This document shows positions 12,701 through 25,910 of a DNA stretch of 64,000 nt, in pieces. Made by a program: the position numbers and the translations under genes. The notes below the pieces were generated by a model. It worked only from the letters and a program-made list of their open reading frames with translations, ran no database searches and was not told where the DNA came from. Origin of the DNA: Chromera velia (Eukaryota); NCBI GenBank assembly GCA_018398765.1, contig JAHBMJ010000477.1, positions 1-64,000 of the forward strand, read 5' to 3'. Each line of letters opens with the position of its first letter. Position 1 is the first letter of the stretch.

Positions 12701-14814
12701 TCAGCGAGTGATGTGTCTGACAGTGCCAGTGAGGCAATCAACCCGCCATTCTCTCCACCGTCGGTGGGAGTGGAGGAGACGCTGTTGGCCCTATCGAGGA
12801 GACATGCGGAGGGGAGACGAGGAAGAGGGCGTGTCGTCTTGGCAGTCAGAGATGACAGAGACGGCGAGACCGCAGGGGGGGGAGGAAGGGGAGCGGACAT
12901 CTGAAGGGAGTTCTCTTGGTCGTGCCCTGGGATTCGACCTTCCTGTTCCCTTCCTGCCATCACACATGCGTCCCCTCTCCCTTGATTGTCACCCCGGTTT
13001 TCTCGAATCTCAACTTCTCGCTCTTTCTCTCTTTCTTGTGCTCTCTCTTCCATCCTCCTTTCATTCAAAGAACCCGCACCCCTCTTACAAGACTGCTCCT
13101 CCTCTTGCCCCGCCCCGTCTCTTCTCCCGCCTGCCCCACACAACTGATGATCTGAGCCCAGACAGCCCGTGTCCACAGGACCCAAACCCCATGGGGGCCC
13201 ACTTCCCCCCTCTCCCCCTGCCCCATACTGCTGCTGCTGTTGCTGTTTCAGCGCCGTGACTCGGTTACCGACCAAGGGGGGGGGTCGGGGCCGTCTACCC
13301 TTTCCCCCCACCCTTTTGGGTATCTCGGCAGGCGCCTCAACCTGATTAGGCGGAGGGAGGGCCGAGGAAGAAGCTGCAGAAGCAGCAAGAGAACTTCCCG
13401 CTGCCTCAAGAGCAGAAGAAGACGACTCAAAAGGGTTCTCAGGTGGAGCAGCAGCAGGAAAAACTTCCTTTTCTTTCTCCCCTTTTCCCACGCTCTTCCG
13501 TCCTCTACCGCTGGGGTCGTCAATAGTCTTATTCCATAACTCTTCCTCCTCTTTCTCATGTTCATTCTCTTCAAATACACCCATGCCGGCAATCTCGTAC
13601 AGCGGTGTTTCCTGCTGTTGTTCTTCTTGCTGGCAGATCTCTCTTTCAATTGATTTTCCTACTTGACACAAAGCGGGGGGCAGTGGTTCGACAGGGTTTC
13701 TTGTCCCCGTACCTGTCTCTCCCTCCCGCTGTTCCCCGGAAAGTTCTTCTTCTTCCATCATCTCCTCAATTCGACCTTCTGACCCACTCAAAGCACTTCC
13801 CGGTAAAGCAAACGGCAGCGCCTCAGTGAAATTCGAGCGCGATGTCGAACCTCGACGCAGGAGGGGCCCCTGACAATTGGTTTGCTGGCCCCCCCCTGAA
13901 TTTAAACGAGACGCGGCAGAAGAAGACGCACAAGACAACTTTCGTGGCAAAGGAACGGTCTCTCCCCCTCCCCCGAGGGAAACAAATGCAGGTGCAGGCG
14001 CAGCACAAGCACCTACACTGCACTCCATCATTCTTTCTCTTTCTTTCTCTCCCCCCCCCTCTCTAACAAACGAAGAAGAATCTGCAGTGGTCGCGGTCGT
14101 TGTTGATAACTTACGGCAAGGCCAAAACTCAGATCCAACTTTTCCACACGACTGTTTCCCTACTTCTCCCACTCTTCCCCCCGGCATGGCATTAACGGAA
14201 GGACGCCCGCTGCTCCTGCTGCTGCTAGTCGAACTGCTGGTGCTGCCACACGGCCCCGAAGAGAACCGACTCGACCTTGCTCCTCTCAATTCATAAAGTT
14301 CATCCTCATCCCCATCTTCTATTGAAAGCAGATCCGTAAATCCAACAGAAAAACACGGCCGCGACCAGGGGCCCTCAGTAACCTGGAATGGAACCGACGG
14401 AGCCCCGGTCGCCGCAGTTGGAGACACGGAAGGGGCGAAGGGCTGGCTGCTGTTACTCCAAGAAGTTGAAAGATCCGAACAGAAGGAGCACAGAATATTT
14501 CCAGCCAACAACAACGCTCTGGATTTTAAACACGTGACGGAGGCGGGGGGGTCTGAGGAAGAGGGAGGGGAAGTAGTGGAATGACAATGATGATTTTCAC
14601 AATCGACCTTCGCATGCATTTCAGTTGCTGGGTTGGAGGAAGACAAACCGTGTGGTGGTGTTTCAAAAACACGATTGGGGAGACCAACAAAACCACCACC
14701 CGGCGCTGTGACGCACAGGCGCGTCGCGGGAGCAGGGGGCTGCTGCTGCTGGTTGTGGCTTTTCTCCAGATCCGTGTGATACAAGTTCTCACCCCGGCCT
14801 TGGTTCGGGTCCAT
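4202..14814 (-). CDS. Large multi-exon protein (about 3,190 aa): CAMK-like Ser/Thr kinase + TM helix + degenerate cytochrome b5 reductase-like (FAD/NAD-binding) module
   Basis: Exons 14814-11658, 11395-9243, 8872-6007 and 5601-4202 total 9576 nt, divisible by 3. The GT-AG introns are phase-compatible: GCT G|GTGAGT..GCAG|GA AAC gives MTPAG-NPRFIAPE; TGG AGG|GTGAGT..GCGCAG|ACT gives QWR-TGFF; CTC G|GTCAGT..GCAG|GC GCT gives SLPLG-AEVFFRGPLG. The 5' end may extend upstream through an acceptor at 14821. Confidence 0.72.
11100..12201 (-). other. Protein kinase catalytic domain (CAMK group-like), split by intron 11657-11396
   Basis: MGEGCSAVV, YALK, EFEIMRELDHPNIVK, HRDVSLSNVLL, DFNIAK, APE, DVWSAGV, GFLPF and EALRHPW. 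Confidence 0.93.
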
Positions 14815-15170
14815 TCGCAGCTGCAGAAGGGAGGGAAAACGGAGACGTATCAGTAGAGGGTGGCCAGTCACATTGAAATGAGAAAAATCTTCCCCTTTCC
14901 TCCCTCCACCCTTTCCTTTCCTCGTGTTTCATTTTCCTTCATTCCTTTCTTTCTTCTTTCTCTGTCGCCAAACACGTGACGACGGGTTGAGGTCAAAGCG
15001 AGATAGCGCACTCCAGCGCATTCGTTACTACTCCTTTTCGCCTTTTGTGCTTTATCGTCCTGTTCTGAGTGTAAACAGTCGCTCCCCCAGAATGAATATA
15101 CACGTCTTGAAAGAAATCAACAAAAAGAGCAGCCAGCCTTGTAATTAACTACGGCAGTTAGGCTACTGAC

Positions 15171-16001
15171 CCAGGAAGGCGCGTTGCCGTTGATCTTCAC
15201 CCGAGGAGCATGGGCCAAAAATCCAACCAGAGCGCTGGACCTATCCAAATACCCAAAGCAATTCGACAGAAGAACAGCAATCTCTCTACTGACGGGACGG
15301 AAAGCAGTTGAAGGAAACATACTCTCTTTCTCCTTCCGTTCTCTCCAACAGTGAGAGCACGCGGCTGAGGCGGAACACGGGGAAGGATCGGCAAATACAA
15401 CAGCCACTCTCCCTTCTTTCCTGCCAACACCCTCACTTAAATAGTGTGTTTCCTTTCCATCCCTCTCATCCGTCTTCGTCCCTCTCTGCCTCCCTTTCTT
15501 TTCGTCCGACTCCGCCCCCCTGTCGTCAAGAGGCCGCAACGATGAAGGGTGGAGGGTTCGATCCGGAGCTTCGGGGTCGTCGACTGCCGCCCTTCCACTG
15601 TTTAAAAAACGAAGAAGGAGTTTACAGAGAATAAGTCCAAGTGACTTCTCTTGCTTTCCCTGTCTCTTCCTCCTGATCGTGCCCTCCTCCTCCATCGGCA
15701 TGCACAGAGTCGCCCTGCGCGTGCATGGGGATGCGGTGGAAAGGAGGAGAGGAGAGATGGCACTGCCTTCTTTCTCCCGCTTCTGCTGCTGTTTGCAAAT
15801 TCCATCCACAGCCGTCCCCCCCTTATCTTGAACGTTTCCTTCCCTCTCTGTTGCAGAAGGCGGGGGAGGAGCAGCATCCCTTTCGATCTCTACAGACTGA
15901 AAGGGCCCCCCTTGCAGCTTCGACCGAACCCTGTCGGGAGTCTCTTTGTGCCGTCGAAGGGCCCAGCATGAAGACGCGAGAGACAGAGAAAAAGTCTGCA
16001 C
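15171..16001 (-). CDS. Possible upstream coding exon of the kinase gene
   Basis: A 294-codon open frame contains TCC TGG|GTCAGT (phase 0), which matches the phase-0 acceptor at 14821 (CTG CGA ATG). No recognisable domain, so it could be UTR. Confidence 0.3.
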
Positions 16002-17759
16002 GCACCCGAAATTTCATTCATGCAAATCAAACCTCAGATTTGGAGTCAGGCAGGCACGCGAAGGGAGACGGAGAAATTGGTCAGAAATACAAGGAGACAG
16101 GAGGGACACAGAAAGGCGGATTCGACTCACCGGATAGAGGTCCAAAGGGCAGACAAGCGGAGAGCGGACACCCTCAAGGAACAGGAGTCCTGCAGTGTTG
16201 GATACATACGAATACAATCCAGTGTCGTGTTGTTTATCACGGAGAGGAATTATGATGATGAGTATTTTCAGATGAATTCTTCCCTCTTCAACGCTTCCCT
16301 TTCGAGATTGAAGATAGTGATCAGATTCTTCAGCTCTGCAGTGCTCACTGCTCGGAACCTCAGCTTGGAATGCAGTGAGACCCCCCAAATCGAACAGTGC
16401 AGTGTCTATCCAGACAGCACCAACATCGGCACAGGTGCACACACACACGAACGACTGAAGGGTTCACGAACACACCCTCTCTCCCTGTTTCACCTTCTGC
16501 CTTCTCAATGGGGTACTTGTCAATTGCCTCTGCCTGCCCAAACCCACGCGCATACCCCGGTTTGTGCCCAACTTCGCACGTACATGCTGACCACAGTACA
16601 AGTCATCGAACACCCTTCTCTCCCGTTGCCCCACACCCCTTCCTTGCCCTTCTGATGCTCCAATCATCTGCAAAGAAGCAAACAGTCGTCACCGGTAAAT
16701 ACATGCATGCATACAGACACACACAGGGAGAGAAGGACGGTCCTATCCGCAACAAGTCTGTCTCAGTAGACTACGTGAGCATACAGACAGACACGTCCCC
16801 AGGTCACAGCGATCAGATACCGGTCATCCCCTGTCCTCGAAGCCTCTTCAGAGCTACCGGCACACCTGGTTGAGGGACAGAATCTGTTTCCTGGAGGGGT
16901 CTGGATCCGTGCGGTTGGAGTACTAAAGATCGCTTCCTGGTGAGAATTGTTGGGTTTCAGAAGACCATTGTTCATCCCCAGATCTGTAGTGGGACCTCGT
17001 TTCAAAACTCCGAAAGACTCGTCATCTTCTTGCCTACTTTGAATCATATGACGTATCGGACTGCCGATGCAGAGGAAGTATCGCAGAGACGCTCCCCCAC
17101 CGAACCTTCTCTGTTTCTAGCTACTACAGAGACATCCATACAATGAATACAACGACCAATCGATAGTCCTCCTGATTTCTCAAATTTGCCCTCCGATTCT
17201 TTACAGTTGCATACATACACCTCTCTCACATCTCTTCTTCGATCTGTGAACAGGGTGGTGTTTCAGGAAGCTGGAGAAAAGATTGATCAGCTGTCAAATC
17301 ATGTCAAATCAAAGTGACCCATGCATGCAACCTGCATGTAGTATATGACAGGCCCTGATCCAACATATTTCATGCCACTACAAGAGTAGGGGACCACGGT
17401 GAGTGATGCCGACGGCCTGGCATGCATGCACTCTCCAATTGAATGAAAGAAGTTCGATCAAAGAAACGCGTTGAATGCTCCCCCCCTCCATGCAGTCTGA
17501 ACCACTGCGGCAGAAAGTTTGGACCTGGTACTGTGCTTAAGAAGTCTGGCTGTTTTACCAAAGAATGGTTTGAACATTGACGCATGTGACCATCCAAGCT
17601 CGTGCATGTCGCGCCCGTCTCCTTCCTGAGGTCCTGGTGAACCGCGTGTACTGACTTTGAAGAGGAAGGGCTGAAGTAATGCTAACGGTGGGGCTTGGTC
17701 TTGTCCTTGGGGTCTTGCACTTCGAAGAAACGGCAGGTTGGTTTATCTCGTGAAATTTC

Positions 17760-19970
17760 ATGCGGCCGTCTCCTCCCGTCTCCTTGGTAGCCGTGCTGGT
17801 CCTTTCCGTCTACCCTTCCCCCTGTCCTTCCCCTCCTGCCTTGACTTGTCTGACTCTATCGTTTATCCTGTATCATGCCCTTTTCTTCTCTGTCTGTGTC
17901 GCCCTCCACCCTCGTTTTCTTTCTTCTCTCGATGGATCAGGCTTCGTTCCGCGTCCTTTTCGCCAACTGGTGTCTCCTCCCTCCTTTTGTTTCTTCTCTC
18001 GATGGATCAGGCTTCGTTCCGCGTCCTTTTCGCCACCTGGTGTCTCCTCCCTCCTTTTCGGGGACCACTTCTGTGGAGAGAGAAGAGTCTGGAGGGAGCC
18101 CTCGGCCATGTAATTGGAACTTTCACTTAGGTTCCGCACAATCTGCTTCCCATTTAAGCTGCCTTCATGCGCTCGAACCGGAGAAGAACTCGGCATCACT
18201 CTCCCCATCTCCGTCTACGCCGACGGAGGATGGGGCGGGGGGGTTAAAGATTCTGTCAACCTTCAACGTCGACGTGGCAGGACTGGAGTCGGAACAGGAG
18301 GGAAACAAAGAGACGGAAGTGGGTGAGATGGCCTCGGTGAAGTTCGACAAGCGGAAACGAATTTCCTATTGGGACCCTGAGAGCAGGCGTGAGAAGATGG
18401 CCGGGTACGGCTGGGACCGCCCTGCTCCCTCTCGAGAGGTGGGTGTGGAGTATACGGGGGCGTAAATAGATTGGTTGCGAGGAATACATCTTCTGGGGGA
18501 AGAAATGAGTGATAAGGCAGTCGAGTAAAGAATGAGTGTGAGTGAGAAAGAGACAGGAGGAGCTCCAAAATGCGTCTGCGCAGACGTGTGTCCGTGTGTT
18601 CGTTTATCTGTCCGTATGTTTCTTTGTTTCTTTGCCTGTCTGTCTATTCCTGTGGTTCATTGTTCCTGTTTTTGTTTTGTGGGTGGGGGGGAAGGGGTTG
18701 GGGTGTATGGGCGGGGGCGCGTGCGTGTATGTGTGTATACATATTTGTACTTCCGTATTCATGAACGCATAGATGTGTGTAAGCATGTCGATATACATCT
18801 GTAGGTGCGAAGGCTTGAGATTCCCAACTTTGCTCGTGAGGCAAATGGAGAACGGAAGCATTCGATGATCATGGAGGCTGGAGGTGTGGCGACGCACGCA
18901 GACGGGGCAGTTCTCGTGGACGTGGGGGGCACCACCGTGCTCTGCACGTGTGTGCTGGTCCCCCTTTCGGGCCCTGGGGGCATGCCGGGGTCCTCCTCCC
19001 CTCCCCCCGGGGGTCAATTGAAGGTTGAATACAGCGAGAGGAAATATGCGGGCGGTAAAATTCCCGGCAGCTTCACACGGAGAGAGATGTCCCCAGGGGA
19101 TGCGGAGACATTGATATCAAGAGTCATCGACAGGTCAGAAAGATTTTTTTTTTTCAACACTAATTTATTTCATGGTCAGAAAGAATTGCATGGTGTACAT
19201 TGGGTAGAATCAAGCAGGTGGCATGGAATGTGGGGGTGGATTGGTGAATGGCTCATGAGGATACGTTCATTCCTCTGGTGTGTGTTTGGCCTGGACCCGA
19301 CCGAGCTGGTTTCAATACCCAATCTTTGAGCATCTGATTGATCGTAAGCAATGAGCAGCCTCAACCATTAGACCTGCTTAAATGCTTGTTTGAGTGTGAA
19401 AAGAGACACAGACAGAACCCTAAGTGAGAGCGGATCGTCAATCCCTCTTCCCCCTTTTGCGTTCGCATGCATAACCACGTGTGTGTCCTGCTGCTCATTT
19501 GATTGTTCACTTGCGTTCCTCTGTTTCTGTCTGCCTGTGTGAGAGGGAGGGAGCTCATGCGGACCGCTGAGGCCCCTCATCCCAGTGCATGCGTTTATTT
19601 TCATACATAAGAATGAATAAAAAATTCTATATGAAAATAAACGCACACATGCAGACCGCTGAGGCCCCTCATCCCGGAGAGTTTCCCATTTGAGATCGAA
19701 GTCTCTGCTCTCCTCGTGTCGTTCAACCCAGAGATAGACCCCGCTGTGGTGGCCATCAATGGGTGTGCAGTCGCTGTGCAGGTGGGGGGGGGGGNNNNNN
19801 NNNNNNNNNNNNNNNNNNNNGGGGGGGGGGGGGGGGCACAGGGGAAGGAACTGGATCTTGTCAACAAGGAGGAACAAGATTTGGGCTCTGAGTCTGTAGC
19901 CCTATCTGGCTCTGATTGAAGAGAAGAAAAAAGGCTCCTCTATCAAATTCACGGTGTACGTACCTCTGTG

Positions 19971-20050
<80 letters not shown>

Positions 20051-20073
20051 CGTGTACGTGTGCGTGTACGTGT

Positions 20074-20109
<36 letters not shown>

Positions 20110-23100
20110 ATTCAGATGGCTGGGGTTCCCCTCTCATGCCGGGGTCTGGTGGCGGGACGGGTGGGAATTGTTCCGGGAAGGGAAGCGGCGGCTCGGGGAG
20201 ACGGTGGCGCGAATTCGGGTTCGTCGGCTGAAATTGTGATTTTTTAGTTTGCGGTTTTTCCTTGCACTGTCCACAAAGATAGAGAGGAACAAAGATAAGA
20301 TGGGACCCATCATGAGAAAAGCATGGCATTTCAGCAAGCAGCCGAAGAGACGCGTCCATGCAAGCATGCACACACAAGGAAAGACGCAACGATCGAGAGG
20401 AAAGGGTAGTGAGGCGTTTCAACGGACACTCAAGGAGAACATAAAGAAACGGCAGGAGAAAGAAAGAAGGCAATGTTTGTTGGTTTCTTTTCTTTTTCGT
20501 GTGTGACTTTAGTCCTGATTCAGATTCCCCCTCTGCTTCCGGCCCTCCCGGATTGTGACTGTCCATATATCTTTTTTTTTCTGTTGATTTGCCCGTCAAA
20601 GAGAAGAGAAGAGAAGAAACGAAGATCACTTCCATTCCTGCCTGCCTGCCTGTCTGTCTCCTTGTTTGTAACAACGCAGCGTCTCCTCCGTTCCTCCTGA
20701 ACCCCTTCACCTTGCCGGTTGGTCGTCGGGGGCTGTTCAGGAAAAGAAAAAGGGGACTCGGTATCGCACCTCGTGTCCTCTCAGGAGCGTCGGAAGACAG
20801 AAGCAAAGGTAGGTCGGTGAGAAATTTGGTTGACGGTGCAGCCACCTCAAATGGAATTTCTCATGATTGATTCTGATGTTGTCAATTTCTCAGAAACCTG
20901 TTTTCTTGATTGAATCCTTGCCCTTGCGGCGTCTCTGGTTTCACAGACAACAAGCACAGAGGAAAAGAAAATTCAACAAACGTTCGTTTGCAGATAACCT
21001 TTCTCCGGGGGGCGAGGCAGAGGAGGGAGGCGGAGATGGTGAAGAGACAGGTGCCTCGGGAGGGCCCCCCTCTTCGTCCTCCGACTCCTCCGCTGTCGTC
21101 GGGCTGATGCAAGAGGAACTGCTTTGTGGAGTCGGTGGGAGGGTGGATGGGTGAAAGTATGCGTGCGTCTTTGGAGCCCCCCCTCTGTCTCTCCCTTTCC
21201 GTCTTACTTGCTGCATTTCTGGAAGGGACCTTCAGCCCCATCGGTCGATCACTTGTCCACCCCTCATTCCAAGAATCTCTTCCTCCTCTGTGCTCCTTTA
21301 ATTCACTTGCAGGGCCTCGACTTGTTACTTGTCCTCTCTCCCACTGGACTGACCATGGCGGAGGGCACTGCCAAAGAGATTCCTGAGAAGACGCTGGAGG
21401 ACGCGATGAAATTTGCAAAAGAGACAACCGGACCGTGGTTGAAGAAACTGTATGACTTCGGCCAGGAACTTCAGAGGACCTATCGACGATATCCTCTCTC
21501 TGCTTCTCCCTCTTCCTCTTCCTCTCCTTCAGCATCATCTGCTTCTTCAGGTCGGTGGGAATGAGACCAGACAGATTGAATCATTCTGCTTCTTTTCAAC
21601 TGATTTTTCTCCTTTGGCGCTCCTTTCATTACTCTCCCTACTAGCTCTTCCTCTCGCTTCTTTCCTTTCTGCTTGCTCCCATTTAGCGCCGCTCTGTCTC
21701 TGTACTTGCTTTGGGTGATACCGTCAGCATGGCAGAAGATGCAGATGAGAAGGCGTGTTAAAGTTTTTGGACCATGCAACACTTGCAACACGTCCCCCTC
21801 TCGCCTGTCTTAATCCCACCCCGCCTTCCCCTCAACCTCCCCTCTCTGTGCATGTGTGTGTATATGTGTGTGTCTGTGGGTCTGCACGCGCATGCGGCTT
21901 CAGAGTCTACCGACGACAGGGACGACAGTTCGTTGCCTTCCTCTCCCGAAATGCTCATACAAAAAGCGGCAGAGCCAGATACAAGTCCGAGGGAGGCCGA
22001 GACTCTCGTGAGGTCTGCAGCGCGTCTTTTGGCTCGGCGACTTGTTCCGCAGCTGTTGCCCCTGAAACTGAAACGGCAGCGAATATCCAAAAGATCGTTG
22101 CTTGAAAGAGAACTCCTCCAGAGTCTTCTCGATCTGGTGAGTGCTGCCCAATTAAGTCAAAACGGCAATTCGGTGTCTACAGTAAGTGGAGGAATGAAGC
22201 CGGCCTTCCAACTGCGATGTCTGAGTGGAATTGCATCTGACGAATTGTCCCGTGAATTTCGGCTCTTCTTGAGGTATAAAATTCTGTCGGATGGCATCCG
22301 AATGGGGGACAGGGGGCTAGAGGAAGTCAGACCGATTGAGTGCGCAACCGCAGTGCTGGACCGCCCCCACGGGTCCGCATTGTTCACACGGGGAGGCACT
22401 CAGTCTCTCTGCACAGTAACACTAGGGGGGACGGATGAACTGAAGGAAGTCAGTCTGACTTAATTGTTTCTTTCTTGTCTGTGCCAAGGTTTCTTTTGCG
22501 TGGCTTCTTGCTCACAACCACCGAAAGAGAGGTTGGTTCGTGAGTCGCTGGCCTTCTGTGTCGTATCTCTTTCTTTTCTGTGTTCTACTTTCTTCAAGAG
22601 TTACGACTTCCCTCTTTTTCTCGTGCTCTTCCGTGCATTCCCTTTTTGTCCTCCTGTGTTCCGACCGACAGTGCCTGTCCATTCGCTTCTTTTCGCCTTT
22701 CTGACTTGCAAGGGCGCCCTGCTAGGTCTCACTCTTGGTGATGCCCCGTTTTGTCACGATTTTTCTTATGTGTCTTCCTGAGACAGATTGATGAACTGAG
22801 GGCGATGCAACTTCCGTTCGTTCTTGACTACAACTTCCCCGGATTCGCTGTGAACGAGAAGGGAAAGGGGTGGAGGCCGAACAGACGAGCGATCGGGCAC
22901 GGGTGGTTGGCGGGCAAAGCACTTGGGGCAGTTGTGCCGGCTCCAGAGTCCTTTCCCTTCATGACACGGGTGGTGTCCGAAATCACGGAGTCAGATGGGT
23001 CCAGGTTCGTTGCCTTCAGCTAGGCGATTTCTTTTGGTTGGGCTTCAATGTGTCGATTTGTCGCTTGTTTCTGTTGCTTGTTCAGTGGGCCCGGGTTTGT

Positions 23101-25870
23101 GTGTAGCCCCTCTGCGAATGCCTAAAATTGAATGCCGAGATCCAAGTTCGAAACAACGAGAGGGTCTCCTTTCTTTCTTTTTTTCAATTTATTTACAATT
23201 CTTTTTTCGCACGTTGGGAGGCAGAGGTGTCCAAAGCATTTGTCTGTCTGCACAGAGAGAGAGCATAGACAGTTTCGTTCTGTATCCAGTTTCAAAGGAT
23301 TTGACTTGCCAGCCATCTTTCCGGGTGAAGGTGTTGAATTATGTGGAGGCATGATTGTTTTCTTTACTTCACGTATCACCACGGCTTTCACCAGGAGGAA
23401 GGACGTGTGCACTTGAAATGGTTCGATCCTTTTCTTTTCTTTGAGAGCGGAAAGTATGAAGAGAGCTGTGTTGTTGCCTTCAATGCTTATGAGTGCCCTC
23501 GTCTCCATTTGCTCTTTCTTCTTTTCTCTTTCCTGGAGAGGAATGCAGCTCGATGGCCACGGTGTGTGCGGCCTCCCTGGCCCTCCATGACGCTGGCGTG
23601 CCTCTTCTGAGACCTTTGGCGGGTGTTGCGATGGGACTGGTGGTGAAAGGGGAAGAGGACGACGCTTACGTGAAGGAACTAGAGAGGCGGGGGGATAGAG
23701 GGGGGACGCAGTTGAGAGACTTTGCAGTCTTGACGGATATCACGGGGACCGAAGACGCTCTGGGGGACCTTGACTTTAAGGCAGGTGGTGTCGGGTTTTC
23801 TGTGCGGTTTCTTCGTTGAATCGGGCTGCACGGTTTCTTGTCTCATTCCCTGTGTATGCATTCTTCTTTGCTCCTCTTTCTTGCTTCACTTGCGTGTATC
23901 ATTCGTTCTTTTTGAACTCCTCTTGGTTTATCCCCCCCCCCCTCGTTGGTGTCGCACGAACTTTCTTTCAATCTTCCTATCTCACAAACATCCCATTCTC
24001 TCCTGTCTCTCCTGACACCTTTGCCCTTCGTTTCCTCCGCATTGCTCCTTTCTTTGTTCTGTTGCGCCAGTTCTTTCTTAAATTGCTTTCCTCTGCTTTT
24101 CCTCTCAAGCGTCTGTTTCTCTTTGTGTGTACGGACACACAGGTTGCAGGAAGCTCGGAGGGAGTGACCGCGCTTCAGATGGACACAAAACTCTCGACTG
24201 TCCCTTTCGAGATGATCTCACAAGCCCTCGCACAAGCACGGGTTAGTGGGGAAGGGGACGCGTGGATGCCCGATTGAGGGGTGACACATTCCATATCTGT
24301 CTGAGAGAGAGAGAGAGAGAGACAGAGACACAGTCAGAGACAGAGACAGAGACAGAGACAGAGACAGAGACAGAGTGAGTGAATGACTAGATGAGTTGGC
24401 AACAGCTGAATGCCACAGACAGAGGATGCATGGTAATTGGTACTTGGTGGACGTTTGCTTTTTTTGGCTTCATACATTCTTTTCAGAGTCCAACTGTTTC
24501 ACTCTGAGGTTTTTCTCCCTCTTTTTAATCCGAGACCCTTCTGTCGGTGAAAGGGGAAGGTGAGACTTTCCGTTCTGTTGCCCTTCTTTGCCTGCCTGCC
24601 TGCCTGCCTGCCTGCCTGCCGGCCTGCCCGCCGGCCCGCTTGTGATAAACACAAAACTACTCAAGACAAAACACCCAATTGGAAAGGCAGACGAACGACA
24701 AAGCCGGAGAGAATTGCCAGAAAGCGAAAGGCCGAACCCAGCGGACGAAGGAAATTCGTATGGGGTGTTCTATGCACCGATGGTTGCTCAGGGCCATTCA
24801 TTGATTTTGAACACTTCGAATGAATGAAAAGAGATTGGTTGGCAAGCTGATCACCTGCGTGGACTTGCAGCGAGGGCGGGAGCATGTTCTTCGAGTAATG
24901 GCGAAGGAACTGGACAGACCGAGGATGAGAGGGTCCCCCAGTGCCCCGTCCTTGGTGGCACTTGAAGTGCCCCCCGTGGCTGAGAGGGCGGTGGGTGGTG
25001 GTTCCACTTTTGTTTGTCTGAACGATTTAGGAATAGGTGTTTTTAGTGAAATGCTCCCAAGCTTTTGTCTTCCGTGGATGACCATAAAGGGTGATCCGTG
25101 CATCATTTTGTTCGTTTTGTTCTTTTTGCCTTTCCCACTTTTTCTTTCATTCTTATGAATCGTTCCTGAGGTGTTTTTTGACAGCTCTTTCCACTTGTGT
25201 GTGGAGACGCCGATCGATCATGCGACGACCGTCTACCACAATGCAGATCATCTATTACAGAAGGCGCATGGAAGAAACCTTCGACGTCAGTTCGTCCTCT
25301 ATCCGGGCTTTGCTGTCGATACACTATTGTTTTTGCTTCTGCATCTGTCGCAATCTCTGTTCCTTTCCTTGACTGAAAAGTTCACGTAGACGTCGGAAGA
25401 GGAAGTTGAGCATAGAAGATGGGCATTGTGCAAGAACACAGGGAAGAGAAAAAAGGCGTCACAAATCCCTCTGTATTGTTCCGATTTTCTCCTGTCTTTT
25501 CTCTCTGTGCTTTTGCTTCCTCTCTTGCTTTTATCTTCCGTAGTCACTTCAAAGTGTGCCTACTTGAGTATTGGATCTTCCATCACGATGCATGCATGTC
25601 GCTACAACAATGCGTTATATTATATAAAATACTTTTTTTGAACTTCACCTCCATGGTGCGAGCAAGACGGATGGTCTCGAGCTCCATTGTTGACGAGTTC
25701 TTTCCATAATTCCTTTTTGTTCTCTCACTGCAGGTGAATGTTGATGTGGGCAGAGAGACCGCTCGTGTGACAGTGACAGGCTTCGAGGAGTCAAGGGTCA
25801 TGAAGGGCGTCCGTGCGCTGCAGAGGATAGTGCGGGAGCATCAGGTTTGCCAGACAGGCAGAGAGAGAGA

Positions 25871-25910
<40 letters not shown>

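Noticed and set aside
16014..17600. ORFs between the divergent kinase and PNPase genes
   Set aside because: Short, with no homology recognisable by eye. They may be 5' UTR exons, but this cannot be supported.
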